64,000 nucleotides of DNA from Podarcis melisellensis (lineage: Eukaryota). The position numbers and the translations under genes are program-made. This document shows, piece by piece, positions 62,370 to 64,000 of the stretch. The stretch lies in NCBI GenBank assembly GCA_964234715.1, contig OZ174281.1; one strand, 5' to 3'. Within the stretch, counting starts at the first letter, position 1. Each line of letters begins with the position of its first letter. A model generated the notes under the pieces. The model searched no databases. It saw nothing but the letters and a program-made list of their open reading frames with translations, and was not told where the DNA came from.

Positions 62370-63127
62370 TAAGGTTGCCAGATTTTTTCCAAAGAATCCA
62401 GGGACACTTTGTTTTGGAAAAGAGAAAAAAGGGTGTTTTTTAAAATAAGTTTTGTTTTTTTTTAAATAAGAAGTAATATCCTTCCTCTGGGCCCCGGCCT
62501 GCTCTCTTGGAGTGCTAGCCACCATGGAATAGTCTCGGGTTGGGCCTGGGCTCGGTCACATCCCCTTGCCCACCCGGTGCTCTCCCACCTCTCCTCCTTA
62601 GTGGCGGTGGCAGTGGTGCGGCAAGGTCAGGGTTCTCCTCTTTTTTCTCCTTCCTCTTTCTCTCTCTTCCTTCTCCTTCTCCTCTCCTCCTCCTCCCTGT
62701 ATTGGCTCCGGGGTTTTCCTGGCCCCGGAGCACCACTGGGCAGTCGGCTGGATGGCCGGTCGCTCTCGCTCCTGGCTCAATTTGGGTTGTGGGGGAGGGG
62801 GTCCAGCGGTTCCCCCTCGGCAGTGGCAGCGGCAGTCTCAGCAGCCCGGAGCCAGCCTGGTAGCACAGTGGGCTCTGGCTGGCTTCAGGAGCTGCCCGTT
62901 GCCGTGGCGCCCGCCATTTTGCCTCTTTGGAAGTCCCCATATGATGTGTCTTGTGCCATTGAACCAACCACGCAACATTCATTCCCTACTAGTAAATCTA
63001 TAACACTTAAAATATAAATCCGGGGACATTAAATGAAATCTGGGGAAATTCCGGGGACGGATTTTGTCCAGGGACAGATTTGTAAATCCGGGGACTGTCC
63101 CCGGGAAACGGGGACGTCTGGTAATCA
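62370..63127. mobile_element. hAT (Blackjack/Tip100-like) non-autonomous element
   Basis: Ends AGGTTGCCAGAT / ACGTCTGGTAATC, repeated subterminal CCGGGGACA motifs and a GC-rich interior. Confidence 0.6.
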
Positions 63128-64000
63128 TACATGCTTTGGATATGTGAGGGCAAGGAGAGCCAGGAGGCCTTTTGGGCCTGACTTTGATCCAGAAAACAGT
63201 TCTGTGTAGGAAAGGTCCTGGAACATAGCATTTTCTGTGGCTGCATGTTAGATCTTCATGGCTCAGGATTTCCAAGAGATCTTCAATTCACAGGGCTTTC
63301 TAAATGTGAAGCAATCCTCATAGTAATACATAGCTTTCCTTACTGTCTCACCTATAAGTAACAGTCATCCTAGCCTTGGAATTCAGGAAAGTCTCTCAGA
63401 CATGTGCTGAGATGGCTGGTATCAGACACAGGTTATAAACTAGATTTGGCAGGGGCCATAAACCTCTTTCTTTCAGGAAGACGAAGAGGCGTCTGGTGTC
63501 AGGCTGACACAAACCATTTGACTGGGAACCGATTCCATCCCCCATAGGCAGGTCCTTATAGCTGCATTAAAATACAGAATGGCTGATAACAGGCCCTGTT
63601 AATGTTTATTGGCACTTGGTTTTCCTTTGCACCTCTCCTCAGACAGATTTGGGGTTTTCCCCACTGGGTGCCATGAGCCTATCAGCGAGTTCAGGCTTGT
63701 ATGGAGTGCAAGGTCTTTGCTACCCTTTGGAATGTGAAGCTCTAGTGACACAACTTTAGCCCTGGCCTCCTTCATTCTGCAGACACTTTAATTTTTTTAA
63801 AATCAACCCCCCTTTTCTGCTGGAGGGAAGTGTTTCAAATGGAAAGGACCACAGAATGGATTTTGCATGTCATACTATACTACTGACTTCAGAATTTTCA
63901 TTTCCCACTATATATGCATGGTTTGTTGTTATAGAAATTCCCTCTGGCTCAGTTTGACCAGGAAACAGGCAAGAAAAGCAAAAATGGAGGGTAGTTAGAC

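Larger units (their letters stand above)
39806..64000 (+). other. NRG2: NRG2 intron 1 (continues past window end)
   Basis: No Ig-domain exon 2 was recognised downstream. The sequence is TE-rich and non-coding. Confidence 0.75.

Overview
Vertebrate genomic DNA, almost certainly a squamate and probably a lacertid-type lizard (Sauria SINEs, BovB, CR1, L2, Penelope). It covers the PURA-NRG2 syntenic block. PURA has an intronless CDS on the minus strand (17137-18126, part of PUR repeat I hidden by an N gap) and a long TE-free AT-rich 3' UTR reaching at least ~12.4 kb. There are CpG islands at ~17.1-21.6 kb, ~25.3-26.3 kb and ~38.5-40.3 kb. NRG2 coding exon 1 is on the plus strand (39346-39805), followed by >24 kb of TE-rich intron 1. 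Main leads: (1) a candidate distal PURA exon whose ATG lies in a palindromic MITE-like repeat and would splice in frame onto PURA, adding a 66-aa signal-peptide-like N-terminus; (2) the NRG2 ATG used as the annotated start in human (MRQVCC) is present but out of frame here, giving three ATGs in three frames; (3) a young inverted Penelope-end insertion with hammerhead-ribozyme cores on both strands; (4) strong RFX and CTCF motifs and tandem RE1-like motifs in NRG2 intron 1. All splicing, translation and TF-binding claims are predictions from sequence only.
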